A DNA stretch of 59,731 bases, filler included, from Sphacelaria rigidula (lineage: Eukaryota), in assembly GCA_964200075.2 (NCBI GenBank). It is 7 parts of 7 records of this genome, joined end to end, with 100 filler letters (N's around TTAATTAATTAA, not from the genome) between each part and the next. Parts side by side here need not be neighbours in the genome. Positions count along the whole stretch, not along the records: positions 42,740 to 51,185 come from CAXNAA020011104.1; positions 51,286 to 59,731 come from CAXNAA020011105.1; 5 more parts are not named here. The stretch is one strand, 5' to 3'. The notes under the pieces were generated by a model. The model made no database searches. It saw only the letters and a program-made list of their open reading frames with translations, and was not told the origin of the DNA. The translations under genes were made by a program, and so were the position numbers. The first letter of the stretch is position 1, and every line of letters begins with the position of its first letter. Shown piece by piece: positions 47,980-59,731 of this stretch.

Positions 47980-50900
47980 TGGAGTTTGTAATACAATGCA
48001 ATGAATCATCCATAATAAGTTCAATCGGTGTTTTTACATCTATGTGGCACGTGAGTGCAGGTTTAACGTGTCGGTTATCACATAGTTAACCCCGAATCGG
48101 TGAAAAGTGAGAGGAAACCCCTTGAACCCTCGAGCCCAGCCCTTCTACCCGGTGGGATCCGTCCAACAGCCTCTCGTGCAAGCACCTTCTCATGCACCAG
48201 CAGGTTGACGCACCCTCTCACGCGGCAGAAGGTTGCCGCACCTCCTCAGCAGCATCAATCTTTTGTGCGTCCACCACTGCAGCAGTGTTTTTGCGCCACG
48301 ACGATGACAGCAGTGTTTTTGCACCTTTGCAATAAAACGCCGCTGAAGCGCCGCAAATGAATTTGCTTAATGCTCCTCACCAACGGTTTGCCCAACCGAT
48401 CTTTCCTCCATTTTTCTTCAGCAGATACTTCCAGTAACTGGGTCTCCGTTGACATTGTTCATCTTAAGCCAGGCGCAACCAGCAGTGTACATAGTCCATG
48501 CTCAGCTGCTGCCGCCGCTGCCGCCGCCTCTGTAGCATCGATCTAGCACCTAACCCGATGGGTACGCATACAAATATTTCGCCCGTCCGGGGCTACCCCT
48601 CCTTCGAACGCCATTTTAGCCGAAGCGAGTAGGAATGATGCACAGCAGCTGTGGGTACGGTGTTACTGGGCACCGGGGCAAGGGGGGGGGGGCTATGCAT
48701 CGAAACAGTGGTGGAGATTGTTGGCGACGTGGGGTAATATAGCAAATAAGTTGCAACGGCAGGGAGCAGGAGTTTTGAGGTCCGCTAATCCTAGTGACCG
48801 CAAGATACCTCAGATGAGAATTCCAGGGTCAGCGGTAATTCCTATTCTTTTTCGAACAAAGGATAAGTTAATAAAGGTATGGGTCCGGGTGGTCCATGGA
48901 TTACCATATGGATTGATTCCGGCAGCGAGTTCTGCAGGAAAAACAAGAACACGTTATCTTTCGAAGGGCGTTCGAGATTTCGGCTTTCGCCGGAGGCGCC
49001 GTGAGTACGGTTCGTTTCTAACAGTCCCCCAAAACTCGGAGCTGTTGACACCGACCACCTCACCAGCCAAGGAGATTCGGCAACTTTGGACCTCTTCCGT
49101 GCTGTCAAGCCAAGCGTGCTTGGTGACGACTCGACAGGAAGGTTGTCTGGTCGGAGCGTTATGGCAGCATCGAATGAGGTGTGGAAAAGCCTTGGAGTGA
49201 CGTGGGAGGGCGATACTATGCCGCAGTGGCTGCTGCATCCAACGGAGGGCGTGAGCTCAGGAGGTTCTGCTATGAGGCTAGTCCTGGAATACGTTATCGA
49301 CGCTAGCATGGGCAGCCGCCTGCGTGACGATTCGAAAGAAGGACGCACGATAGTTTACGACTATGTCAAGATTATCGTGGACTGAACCAACTTCTGGAGT
49401 CATACAGCGGCAGTTTGAGGGATATACCGACCATGTCTAGTGGGCTAGTAGAATCCAACTACTCTAGCAGTGTCGATTTAGCGACTCGGTTTTTCCAGTT
49501 GGAGGTGGAGGAAGTATTTTCGCAGCCAAAGAGTTCGTAGAGATAATACGCTCATGCGGACTGGAAGGCGTTGGATTGTGTTGGAGTAAATCAGATTGGA
49601 AAGGGAGTCAGGCTGGTACATACGAGTCCGGGGCGCGGTTCTTTCCACAACCTTGTGGAAGAAGTGCAACCACAAGAGTTGATAGGGGACACAAGTCGGG
49701 CTGCACCAACCGAATGGGCCAAGCCGAAGTCAGCATCAGCTAGCGTCGTCAAAAAGGTGGTCGAGTCATTCCTCTCATCAACCTCTGTGACAACGCTGAT
49801 CTCGGAGAGTACTGCTGTGATGGTGCGCTCTCCTGGTGAGAACGAACTCGTTGCTCCGTGTTGAGCGGAGCTGGGAGTCTCACTAAGCAGGCCTCAGTCT
49901 CAACCGTGCAGGTGGGCGCACCGTATCGGAAGAGACGGACCTATGTGGTCGCCTTAGAGTTGATCGTCGGAGGGAAGGACAACTGCGAGTGGGGAAGCGG
50001 CGAGTGGAAGCGTACACCGTTGCCTGCCCCACGTTGGGTGATCGATTAGGTCGGACAGGTATTTATTTTTCTGGAACCCACAGGACAGGACGAGGCGATT
50101 CACACTTCCGAGAATCCGATGCCCAGAATATTTCGTTCTCAGCTGACGAAAAGAAAACCAAGGCGCGAGGAATCCAGACTCCATGGGGCGGACGCAGGTG
50201 GATAGGAAGAAGCAGTCGAGCTGGAAAGAAACGCTTTCGTGAAAGTTGTGACTACTCTTGCCTGTTACGAGACACCACTCCGGTAAATAACGACGCCATG
50301 CCATAGATTGTGGTTAATTTCGTTCACCCGTGGAGGATGAAGGCGGTTATATCAAGTGGAAGCGGAAGGTTTGTTTAGCCTGACTCATATCCAGGGTGAG
50401 GATGAGGATTTGAGCGCGCTCGCTACGATGTGAGACGAAGTAGAGTTATCAGAGGCTTGGGGAGCCGCTGTAACTCGTTCGTCGATTCAAGAGGCTGAGC
50501 GAAAGTTAGACCAAGAACCTGGTGGGGGGGAGTCTCCACCTGAGGAGCCCCGGATACCAGGTAAAGGTAGCCCTCAGACCGTTCTCGAGCAGGCGAGAGC
50601 GATTCTGATGAAGAAGCCGCGACTAGTTTTGCTGCAAGAGCGGGACCCCCGGCTTGAGCTCATCAGGGAGAGGTTAATGTTGGAGAAAAGGACGAAGGTA
50701 CATGCAAGAGGTAAAAAGCGTACGTTCCGAAATGATGATCTTCTATGGTATACCTCACCTAGGGCGCCAGGTAAATTGGACACCAAGTAAGTTGGCTATT
50801 TCACGCAGTATAGTGCCTGCCTGGCCTGCTCGCGTTGGTGCGCACTACGCAAGGGGACGCCGGAGTGATGAAAACGACTGTTGTGGTCAACGCACGCTAT

Positions 50901-51075
50901 GAGTGACCCGGTCTTTCGGTCGATACTCGCAAACACGTGCTGTCTTGTGGATGTCGCCAACGCAACCGTACTAATAGTCACACCATAACGTTGCGACCCG
51001 CCCGCTTCTTGTAGTTCTGAGAGGTGATGTAGATGAACACATCGGACATAAAGCAGATTTCTACTTCTAACAACA
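47980..51075 (+). mobile_element. Decayed Ty3/gypsy LTR-retrotransposon gag-pol fragment (PR-RT-INT order; LTRs not seen)
   Basis: Protease relic VLLGTGA (48660; D>G) and VVHGLPYGLI. RT AWAAACVTIRKKD/SLRLCQDYRGLN...VDLATRFFQLE (49306-49520). Integrase Zn-binding region LLALVRTTQGDAGVMKTT...RYE*PGL..D..KHVLSCGCRQR...PARFL (50820-51010). Many stops and frameshifts. Confidence 0.85.
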
Positions 51076-51131
51076 AATTGTGCGAATTGAGGTTCAACTC
51101 CGAGATGAGGTTCAAGCCTAAAACAGTACTT
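51069..51131 (+). repeat. Dispersed repeat; copies at 8388-8449 (+) and 43037-43085 (-)
   Basis: aacaaattgtgcgaattgaggttcaactccgagatgaggttcaag occurs on two contigs (three copies). Confidence 0.85.
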
Positions 51132-51576
51132 TCACCACACTTTCAGCGATGGTGCTCAATGACGTTTTTGTCGGCCTTATGCCCCNNNNNNNNNNNNNNN
51201 NNNNNNNNNNNNNNNNNNNNNNNNNNNNNTTAATTAATTAANNNNNNNNNNNNNNNNNNNNNNNNNNNNNNNNNNNNNNNNNNNNCGCGGGGCGGTCGGG
51301 GTGGGGGGGGGGGGGTGGGGGGGGGGGCGGGGTGGGGGGGGGTACTCAGTTGCTTCTTGCCTTAACCGCTCGACCGACCACGCATCCCTTTCGAGACGGA
51401 GCAGTGATACGTATGAGTGAGGGCTGAGTCACACGTGTGAGTGAGGGCTTGGGGAAATATGGCAAAAAACGGTTGTGCCCTCTCGACGGGGGTGGGTGGG
51501 GTGCATTCACAAATACGAATACATAGAGAGGCTAGCTCAGGTGGAAAAAGCGCCGTGGTTATTGACGTTTAACCGC

Positions 51577-51630
51577 GCCCCGGTGGTCTAATCGCTACAA
51601 CCGAGAAACTGTGCGGTTCAAAATCCGGTA
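51577..51630 (+). mobile_element. Degenerate tRNA-derived (SINE-like) head
   Basis: GCCCCGG-TGGTCTAATCG (A-box) ... GGTTCAAAATCC (B-box-like), with shortened spacing. Confidence 0.45.
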
Positions 51631-52222
51631 GATGCATTTGGGTGTTTTTCTCGTTTAAGTATGCATTCAGTACCCGATTGCCATCAGCACATTAATATCG
51701 AAAAACTTTAGTCTGACGAGAGTCGACGCTGTGCGGGAGTGCTGGTCATGATCCAATCCAGGACACCAAAATGTAATGAGGCGTGTATCGGGGGAGAGAT
51801 GCCTAGATTCATTGACCACCACGGACTCGTTCCCGAGGATGCGGACGGAGTTGGAAGTATGACGGCCAAAAACAAAAGTGTGGCGACCGGTGATATTGTT
51901 CCGAGAGGCTGACCCTCGCGCCCCGAAAATTCAGTAGGTTTCGAGAGTAGAGTTGGGGCTATGATTTGGGTATACGTGTAGCATGTCCTCGTTGTTCTTC
52001 GTAGCTTATCTGTGTGTGGGCACAGTTGTTTGCTCTGGGGGGGGGGAACAGTACTGTGATAGAACGCTTGCTGCGAAATCACCGTATCCAAGGTTTAATG
52101 GATGTATTGTGACAGAGGAAACAAACAACAGCACCACCAGCAAGCAAGCAGCAAGCAGCAAGCGATAACAACCCCAACACCTGACCGCCGGTGAAAATCT
52201 GGTAGAGATCGTAGCTCCCCAC

Positions 52223-52344
52223 CTTTCTTGTCCAAACGTCCATGAGATTACTGACATCGGTGCCCGTGGCACTGCTTAGCGCCGCCCAAAGGTCGTCGGA
52301 GCGAGCATTGGCGTAGCTGTGTTTGACCAGATAGTCGTGGATAC
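52223..52344 (-). CDS. M1-family (puromycin-sensitive/alanyl) aminopeptidase, internal exon
   Basis: ctacag|GIHDYLVKHSYANARSDDLWAALSSATGTDVSNLMDVWTRK|gtgggg matches the G..YL....Y.NA...DLW..L....G..V...M..WT segment. Other exons were not found. Confidence 0.85.
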
Positions 52345-52654
52345 CTGTAGGGGGCCACAGAAAGCGTTTGCGGCACCACACATACAAACACACGGGGGTA
52401 TTCATCCACCGTAAATTATGCATTTTCGACTCAACAGACAGGGAGGATCGACGATTGAAGACTAAACATTGAGGATTCACGGCTGGATTCGGAGTGAATG
52501 GGTTGTTGTGCGGTTACCGATTTCAGTTAATTAGTTAGTCAATCAACACCCTTGAAATACAGTCTCGTGGTTTGTGTGTGGAGATGTTGCAAGCCGCGAG
52601 TTTTTTCCCCACCATTTGATTTTATTTAGTGGTTTTCGACAAACAGGAACAAGC

Positions 52655-52658
52655 AACG

Positions 52659-52702
<44 letters not shown>

Positions 52703-52768
52703 CGACAACGACAAAAACAACAACAACGACAACAACAACAACAACGACAACAACAACAACAACAACAC
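52655..52768. repeat. (AAC)n/(GAC) microsatellite
   Basis: Direct reading; explains the poly-Q/N/C ORFs. Confidence 0.95.
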
Positions 52769-54837
52769 CGATAATAGCAATCACAATAGACTGGAAATAC
52801 CGGACTCCTGCGGTAGGGATTCAGGTAGATGATAGTGACGATAGTTTTAACCATCACGCTTATTTTTTTGTCTGCTATTATAACTGTCCTTGTCGTTGTC
52901 GTTGTCGTTGTCGTTGCTGTTGTTGACGATGATGTTTTTGTAATGGTTCTCGTTACAGCATTTCGCGGGAGGGAGGGGGAGGGTAAGAGGCGGTGCATCC
53001 AGGTAGGGATTCATGTAATATATATACACACACATCCTGGGCCTGGTGCCACTCTCACGAACCGCCTTCTTTGTGCGAGTTTGTTTTCGCCCTGAGAGAC
53101 AGATATCGGGCGAAGGAGTGGAAATTGGCTGTACCAGAAGCCCCATTCTGGAGTTCAGATACTGTACACGAGTACATTACATGATAGATCCAACATGCTT
53201 ACTGCGGGAAGACCCTAGGGAACTACTGATTGACAAAAAAAAAATCAGAGGGAAAGACGAGGTATAGTATATATATATATATACCGTTTTCAGGTAACAA
53301 CAGCTGAGGGAGTAGCTGTAGAAAACCCGGTTACGGAAAGTTCGAAAAAAAAGTAGGAACGTTATGATGTTCTTTCTAGGTATGAGAATCACGTTACTAG
53401 CAAAAGGGTTGAACGAATGTTACGATGCATGACAAGAGAGATAGAAGCGACTCGAAGCCCTCCCACCTGGGAACAACTGCGTCAAGGTCGTGTGCAAATG
53501 TTTCGCTTATGGATCACACCGCTCCAGCTTTTGCTCGTAGAATTATCACCCAGGTACATGCCAGTATCACGGGATTTGTCACTGAGTTATCGGGGTTTCG
53601 TTTGTGCATGAGCATGATTATGATTGTAAACTAGTTAGCGTCTGAGCTATTCATTTTGTGCTTTTTCGTAATTGGCGATTTTCTTGGGCTCTTTCCGCTT
53701 GCCACCGCTTTTCACGTTGTGTATCTGGAGATATTTGTACCTGCTCCACATTCCAAGAAGAAAAAAAAACGTCAGTACTCAATATTGAGTGACTTACGGG
53801 CTGACCGGTCATCGAGGATCCTGCCACTTTTTAGCCCAGATTTCGACTCTTCAGTATTTTCGATCGATCGAGCCTATTCCGATCGTAATTGTGAAGACTC
53901 TAAAAGGATGGTTTCTTTTTTTCATTTTTTTCTGCTCATTGCACTACAGCCGAAAAACTGTGTTTCACGGTCAATAACGCCCTCCTGATAAACGGGGTAT
54001 CTACTAGTATCGCCTGATAACACCAAGTAACACTAACTTGGGCACAGTGTTTTGCGGACGATCTGTTCATTATACCAAAATCTACCGACGCTAGCACTTT
54101 CGAGTTCTATCGAAGTGTAGTACGCGAGAAATTCCTCAAACAAGCCGGAATAATTATGATGCTGACTACCATAGTAAGAATTATGTACAAGACTACACAG
54201 CATCAAGAACAAGAAACCTTTCAAACGTACAGTATTACTCAGGAACCATACACTCAAGCAGAAAGGGATGGGCGGGGTGAAAAAAGAAAAGCATACGGGC
54301 ACAGATTGATGAGGGACATCGACAAGGAACCCAAGAAATTCAATTACGGGCGTGAAGCTCTGGATGAGCTGTTGGGATCCCTGTAGGAAACGGCTGCTGG
54401 TGAAAGAATAAGTATTAGATGTATAAGGTAAATTATATCTATGGATGAGACTGCATTGTAAAGCTGAGGGACCCCCCCTTAATCGGTGTCGTAATTGTAC
54501 GTGCATGACCAGGTATTGGGACATGATGATAACACAGAATTGTGGGAATAATATATGAGGGTCACACGGGAATATTAACAATATTCACAGTGATTAAAAT
54601 CATGGTACAAGAAGTGAGAGGCCTACTTAAGAATTCAGATCAAGCTACAAGATTTGGAAGTACCAGACACGCGAAGAGCACGTAGGTGCGGACTTTAATA
54701 AAGGTAAAAGTGGCAGCAAGGGATGCTTGACAACTGGTGCGTCAAATACGGTATACTTGAAGTATGAGTATGTTCGAGATCTGACATCGCCTGCATTTGC
54801 ATGTATCTTGACGATCATGAGTTTATAGTGTAACGGA

Positions 54838-55035
54838 CCACTGAAGCCTTCGCGCGATAAAAGGGAAGGCAAGGATCGCAGACGGAAGGTGGAGGACTGA
54901 ATCAAAATAACTAGAATAAAATAACCAAAACCCATGTGTTGATCTTTTTCCTTTTGTGACCCCGGCTGATGCGCCCACATGTACCGAAAGGTGAAGACTG
55001 GTGTGCAGAATAGACGGGATGAGAACACAAACATA
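54838..55035 (+). mobile_element. 5'-truncated SINE body
   Basis: Aligns with 37382-37570. Confidence 0.7.
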
Positions 55036-57602
55036 TAGTGAGTGTACAGTGTATGTGTGTTTATATACGTAGGTGTACACAAACGTATGGGCTCGTGTCC
55101 AAGTGTGAAGAATATCTTTGATGAAAAAACGAAATTTATGCTTTCCTTGCTACATCCGATGAAGATCCATATGGACGACGACAAAAGGCGGCATAGTTGC
55201 CTTTCCAGCTCCCGCTAATGACCCAGGCCTGTGTCAACCCTGAGCCTGTCGCCGTCCTCTCCTCTACAAACGCGTAACATCGTGTGGCTCATTTTGAAAC
55301 ATAACAACCCCTCCCCCACCTCGTTTGTGGATTGTTATCCCCCTCTCTGACAAGACCTCTTATTTTTTATTAGCCTACGTTATAAAACGCACAAATCGCA
55401 CAGATGTACAATCATCGCCCGCACGACTACAGTTCTGGATAACCCGTCTTACAAGTGCTACATATTGGGCTCATATTTATCATAGAAATGCGTATTATGG
55501 ATAAATAGTAAAACCTAGCCTCATTAACATCTTTTAATCGAAAATATTTGAAGGCGATTTTGTCTAGGGGAGCACTTCGGTGCCCCAGACAAGAAAACAC
55601 ATTAAATCAAATGTGTTCATGATAAACGAGACGTCATACCACGCGTAAGACCGTTCCCTGCAACAGATGAGTAGCACATGATACGGGGAGCAAGTGCTCT
55701 TGATGAACTCGATTTGTGGCAAGGAGCTGAAAGTCATCAAGCAACGCGCGGCACTCTTCTCAACAACACCTGCAAAGTTGATGAACCACGTCATGTCAGA
55801 CAACTTCCGTAGCCGCAATCATCATCTAGGGGTGCAAACTACGATTGTGAGAGCTTGCTTTATGTCACAATGCCATGCGCGGAGTCGCGTATATCCCTAC
55901 GCAGTCGAGTCAATCACGCTCAACGACCTGCATTCTGCCACAACTCCAGGTGAGGGTACACGCGCATGGACTGGTGAAGCGTGATAACCAGTGGTAGTGC
56001 GACTCAAGCGCCATCAGTCACCACCAGGGAGGCTACCGTTTGCCCCAATCTGCAGATCACAGAGGCTCAGCGTACCCCAGGGAGGGACCAAGGGCCTTCC
56101 AAACAGACGAAGTACATATATATATATATATATGTATATATATATGTGTGTATACATTTCTGTTTTTTCTTTTACTTCGGCGAGTGTCCAGTTTTATTTG
56201 TCTTGGGTACATCTATCAGGTTACAACGGCTGGATCCCTGGGGGGTCAGTTGAAGTGCAACAATCAATCAATCAATCAATCATCCAATCGATCAATCGAA
56301 AGTACATATCAAATACACCTTTGATGTTGCTCCTGAGTAGGAGTGTACATGATATAGCCGCAGAGAAGTAGTCGTGACACTAACAGTTTACAACCACGTA
56401 TAATTGCGGTATGTATGCCCAGGTGTTCAGAGGGTCCAGACTCGCGGGTGACCCACTACAATGAATTTATTTCAATGAAAGGGGGCAAAATTGTTGCCTG
56501 AAGCAACAGGATCCATGGATGTGATGTATAACGACACACGTACGTACGTGCACATTCCCTTCGTACAGCGTGAAGATATGGACGTTGCCGCTGTATATCG
56601 ACATAAAAAAGTCGTTCTGAGTATCCTTCATGACCTCAAGCAATGTCACAAAATGACATATATTCATGGGCAACAGTTTGATTGACCCCCCCCTCCCTCC
56701 CTTCCCCCGCCCCTCCACCCCTCCGTGGAATAGCTCGATTATAACCGAAGCAGTTGGCAAATCGTCCACGTCCATGCTCTCGTGCTTCTTGCGTCTTCTC
56801 TTGTGTCGTAATTATATACCTTCCCCGTTCTATAGAGGAGCACCAAGTCTCAAGCAGTTCACCCATGAAGAGACCTTCCCGCGCACTGTGTCACGAGTCA
56901 CTCCTGCAGCAAGTCGATTTTCCATCATCGAGTTCCTTTCTCCTCTAATGTATTCAGGAGGTTACTAATGAGAAACTGATGGACCTGGAGAGAACGCACG
57001 CGTGGCGTGGCACCTGTTGCTGTACCTCCGGAGGGGGGGGGGGGCATGACGTTCACAGCGAAAATCATGAAGCCACACAACTACGACCATCCTTCACAAG
57101 CACGCGCAAAAATGCGAATCCTTAACACACCCAAGGCTAAGTTCACGGTGCACCATTACTGCATGCGACACTTGTGTGAGAAAAACACCGTATGTATGTT
57201 TATAGCCGTATCGTGATGTGGACGATATCTCCAGGTGACTTATCCACTCTTGTGTGTCATGAATTCGCAGCGAAGGAATAAGTATGTCAGTCGCGCTTCT
57301 CGTGAGCGACGAGGTATCAAGGGTCTCATCACAGCTCCGCCATACAGGGTGGAAACTCTAAAGCTCTACACGATATCGCTCCCAAAAGGAAGCCAACCCC
57401 TCCGGCCTTGTCATGGTTGAGACTTCGCCGATTTGGTTGCAGGCCTTCCGGCGACCGCCGTCGGCGGGTGAAAAACTGCGAGGGTCTCCCGGATCGAGCA
57501 GCGACGGGATGGGGTAGATAACAGACATGCAGTGGTCTCCTCGAGTTTTACTCATCGCCTGCTGATTTTTTTCCCAGAGAGCTCATATCGGTGCGCGAAA
57601 AT

Positions 57603-57605
<3 letters not shown>

Positions 57606-57669
<64 letters not shown>

Positions 57670-58014
57670 TCGTGTCCTCTCTTTTGTGTGCAGGGGTCCC
57701 CCTCTCGGGGTATGTGTGCGCGTCAGCGGGGGGCACACAGCGCGCGGGTTAACACAGGAGTAGGAGTTTTTCATTTTTTATTTGTTTTAGTACTCCACCT
57801 TCCTTCTGCGGTGCTTGCCTTTCTTTTTTCATCGCGAGAGGGATTCACCAGTCCCTTTCCCACGTCGACCGTCAAGTCGAGTATGGTGTACCCACGACAG
57901 AGTCGCTCTCCACTCTTGGGCATTGTCCGCAAAACAATCCGAGATCGCTTCGAGATTTGAACCCACGATCCAACCGTCAGAAGGTTTCGAGGTTACCAAC
58001 TGAGCCACCGGGGC
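57606..58014 (-). mobile_element. Full-length tRNA-derived SINE with (CA)n tail
   Basis: Minus strand GCCCCGG-TGGCTCAGTTGG (A-box, 57996-58007) and GGGTTCAAATCTC (B-box, ~57952-57964). Body shared with two other copies; (CA)~31 tail at 57606-57668. Confidence 0.85.
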
Positions 58015-58780
58015 GGCCGGTGAAGAAGTAAAGTGTCTAAATTGCACCGTATAGTGTTTACTTTGCTAAACTAATACCGGAATATATACTCGGACACTGA
58101 AAAATATCGTCTCGCTCGTGTTCCAGCACCTGCTTCAGCTACTGGGCTCGTTCCGAGAATTTGGGGGGGCTGCTGACAGGGTCACGCGATTCTTCGTTGT
58201 AGAAAAGGGGTGTCTTCGAATTCTTCAACAAGAGTACGATGGTCTACATAGCAGTGGCGTAGGAGACGGGCGCTAAATGAACAAAGGGGTTGTCACTCAT
58301 CATTTCTGCGTCACGGCCATCTGGGCCATATTGGGGGTCGCTCGCTCGAATCCGTCGCGGACTTTGTCAGCGTTATCATGGCCAATGATCATTTTCTCGT
58401 ACTCCTCGAGTGGATGGTCACCAGATGTGAGGCTACATATTTCGGCGCGCTCCTTCATGCGACGTCTCGGGGGGAAAATCGTACATGCAATGACACTACA
58501 GAACCCGTTTATGAGTAGGAAATAGATGAGTCCTGACGAATCATTGGCCCCAAACTATCCCTCATATACACGATGCTATTCCTCATGTACAGTAAAATGC
58601 TTATATTACAAGTGAGACAAGAGAATGAGCGTTGAAACTGGGCCCAGCCAAGCGGTAAGGTTCTGGATGTTCAGTGCTAGGCCGATCATCTCTCGCGGTG
58701 CGGTTTCCAGCGTCACGGCGAAGTGCTCTGATCTGTGGCTGGTCTGTGGTGCATGTACGCACGAGAAACAGTGGTATTAA

Positions 58781-58897
58781 CCCTTTGGGAACCCTTTCAC
58801 GATTTTTTTTTCGTGAATCGGCACCATTTTGACTTGAGAATGAGTGAAAATGATGCAGATCCACGAAAACAAAAATCGACAACGGGTTCCAAAAGGG
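58781..58897. mobile_element. 117-bp piggyBac-like MITE (second family)
   Basis: TTAA|CCCTTTGGGAACCC...GGGTTCCAAAAGGG|TTAA (13/14), with further subterminal pairing. Confidence 0.85.
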
Positions 58898-59731
58898 TTA
58901 ACAATCGGAAAATTCTTCGCAAACGCAGCGGCGACGATTGGTATTTCCAGTCCCCAGCCTGCTATGTCGCAAGAAATAACATGAACTAAAATCACAAATC
59001 ATTCTACATTCCGAGGCTACCACATGCACAAGCAGAGTATGTGTACAGTCATCACGTATACTTACAAATCTCCTTCGCGACTCTGTTTCCGCGGTCTCAG
59101 ATGGTCATCAAATCGCACTTGTGTTTTTTTCCTCAGCACCTTTGGCGCCAGACCCTTCTCAGATGGACCCGAGCTGGACCACTGAAAAAAATGGGGATAA
59201 AAATTACTTTCGTGGATACCCTAACATGAAATACAGAAGTTCATTGAGTGTGTGTCGAGGTCACATCACGTTTTCACATCGGTGACACCGTGAGATAGAT
59301 TACTTTGTACCCTTCATGAGCAGATAGTCCCGGGTTCGAACCATAGCCTCCCAAGGGCGTCGAGGTCACAAATCACCTCAAGTTGAGCGGGTGAAACAAA
59401 AAGTCGAGAAATTGGTGGGGGATAAGAAAGAGCTAAATGGTCGACGATCAGGAAGTGGAGCACCCAAACAAACCCATGGACAACTCTTCTGCGGAGACTG
59501 TTGATATCGTCACCGACACGCAAGAGACACGTGAAAAAAGGGAGCCCAAATATACTCCCATGGCTACTCGCAGTCGGCGAAAATCGTTACCTCTACAAAC
59601 ATGTTCTCGCCTAAGATTGCGCGAAAAGAATCGTATAAGAGGGAGGTGAGATGGATACCACCACATGAAGAGGGGGGGGGGGGGGGGGTCCCCATTTGTT
59701 TCTCGTCGCAGGCGTTTGACCGAGGACAAGG

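Noticed and set aside
52543-53146. Poly-Q/N/C/T ORFs (also 32514-33196 and the YIYI/THTH ORFs)
   Set aside because: Translations of microsatellites.
57940-58014. Functional tRNA gene
   Set aside because: The acceptor stem does not close and the sequence runs into a multi-copy body with a (CA)n tail, so it is a SINE head.

Overview
This is eukaryotic DNA, not prokaryotic. The window is seven unrelated ~8.45-kb contigs, sorted by length and joined by artificial 100-bp N44-TTAATTAATTAA-N44 linkers, so nothing can be inferred across the joins. Long GT-AG introns, ~50% GC, TTAGGG-type repeats and the style of the repeats suggest a brown alga or other stramenopile (inference). Most ORF-track entries are spurious. 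Splicing by eye recovers fragments of five genes: a MYND-finger protein, an ankyrin-repeat protein, a PDZ protein, a DEG7/Nma111-type HtrA protease with very large low-complexity inserts, and an M1 aminopeptidase. The rest is mostly mobile DNA: a decayed Ty3/gypsy element (PR-RT-INT), a probable pogo-type transposase relic, tRNA-derived SINEs, and at least three MITE families identifiable by termini and target-site duplications (GAG..CTC/4 bp, Sola2-like; CCC..GGG/TTAA, piggyBac-like; GGCC/TNA, Harbinger-like) that are repeatedly nested in one another. The most unusual object is a ~470-bp cassette (13884-14356). Each of its two ends is an 88-bp loop-less palindrome carrying arm-symmetric substitutions and overlapping an inward-facing tRNA-like Pol III A/B box pair. 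It sits inside a tandem-repeat-bearing Sola2-like element, which is itself inside a 256-bp MITE. All calls come from reading the sequence; no database searches were run.
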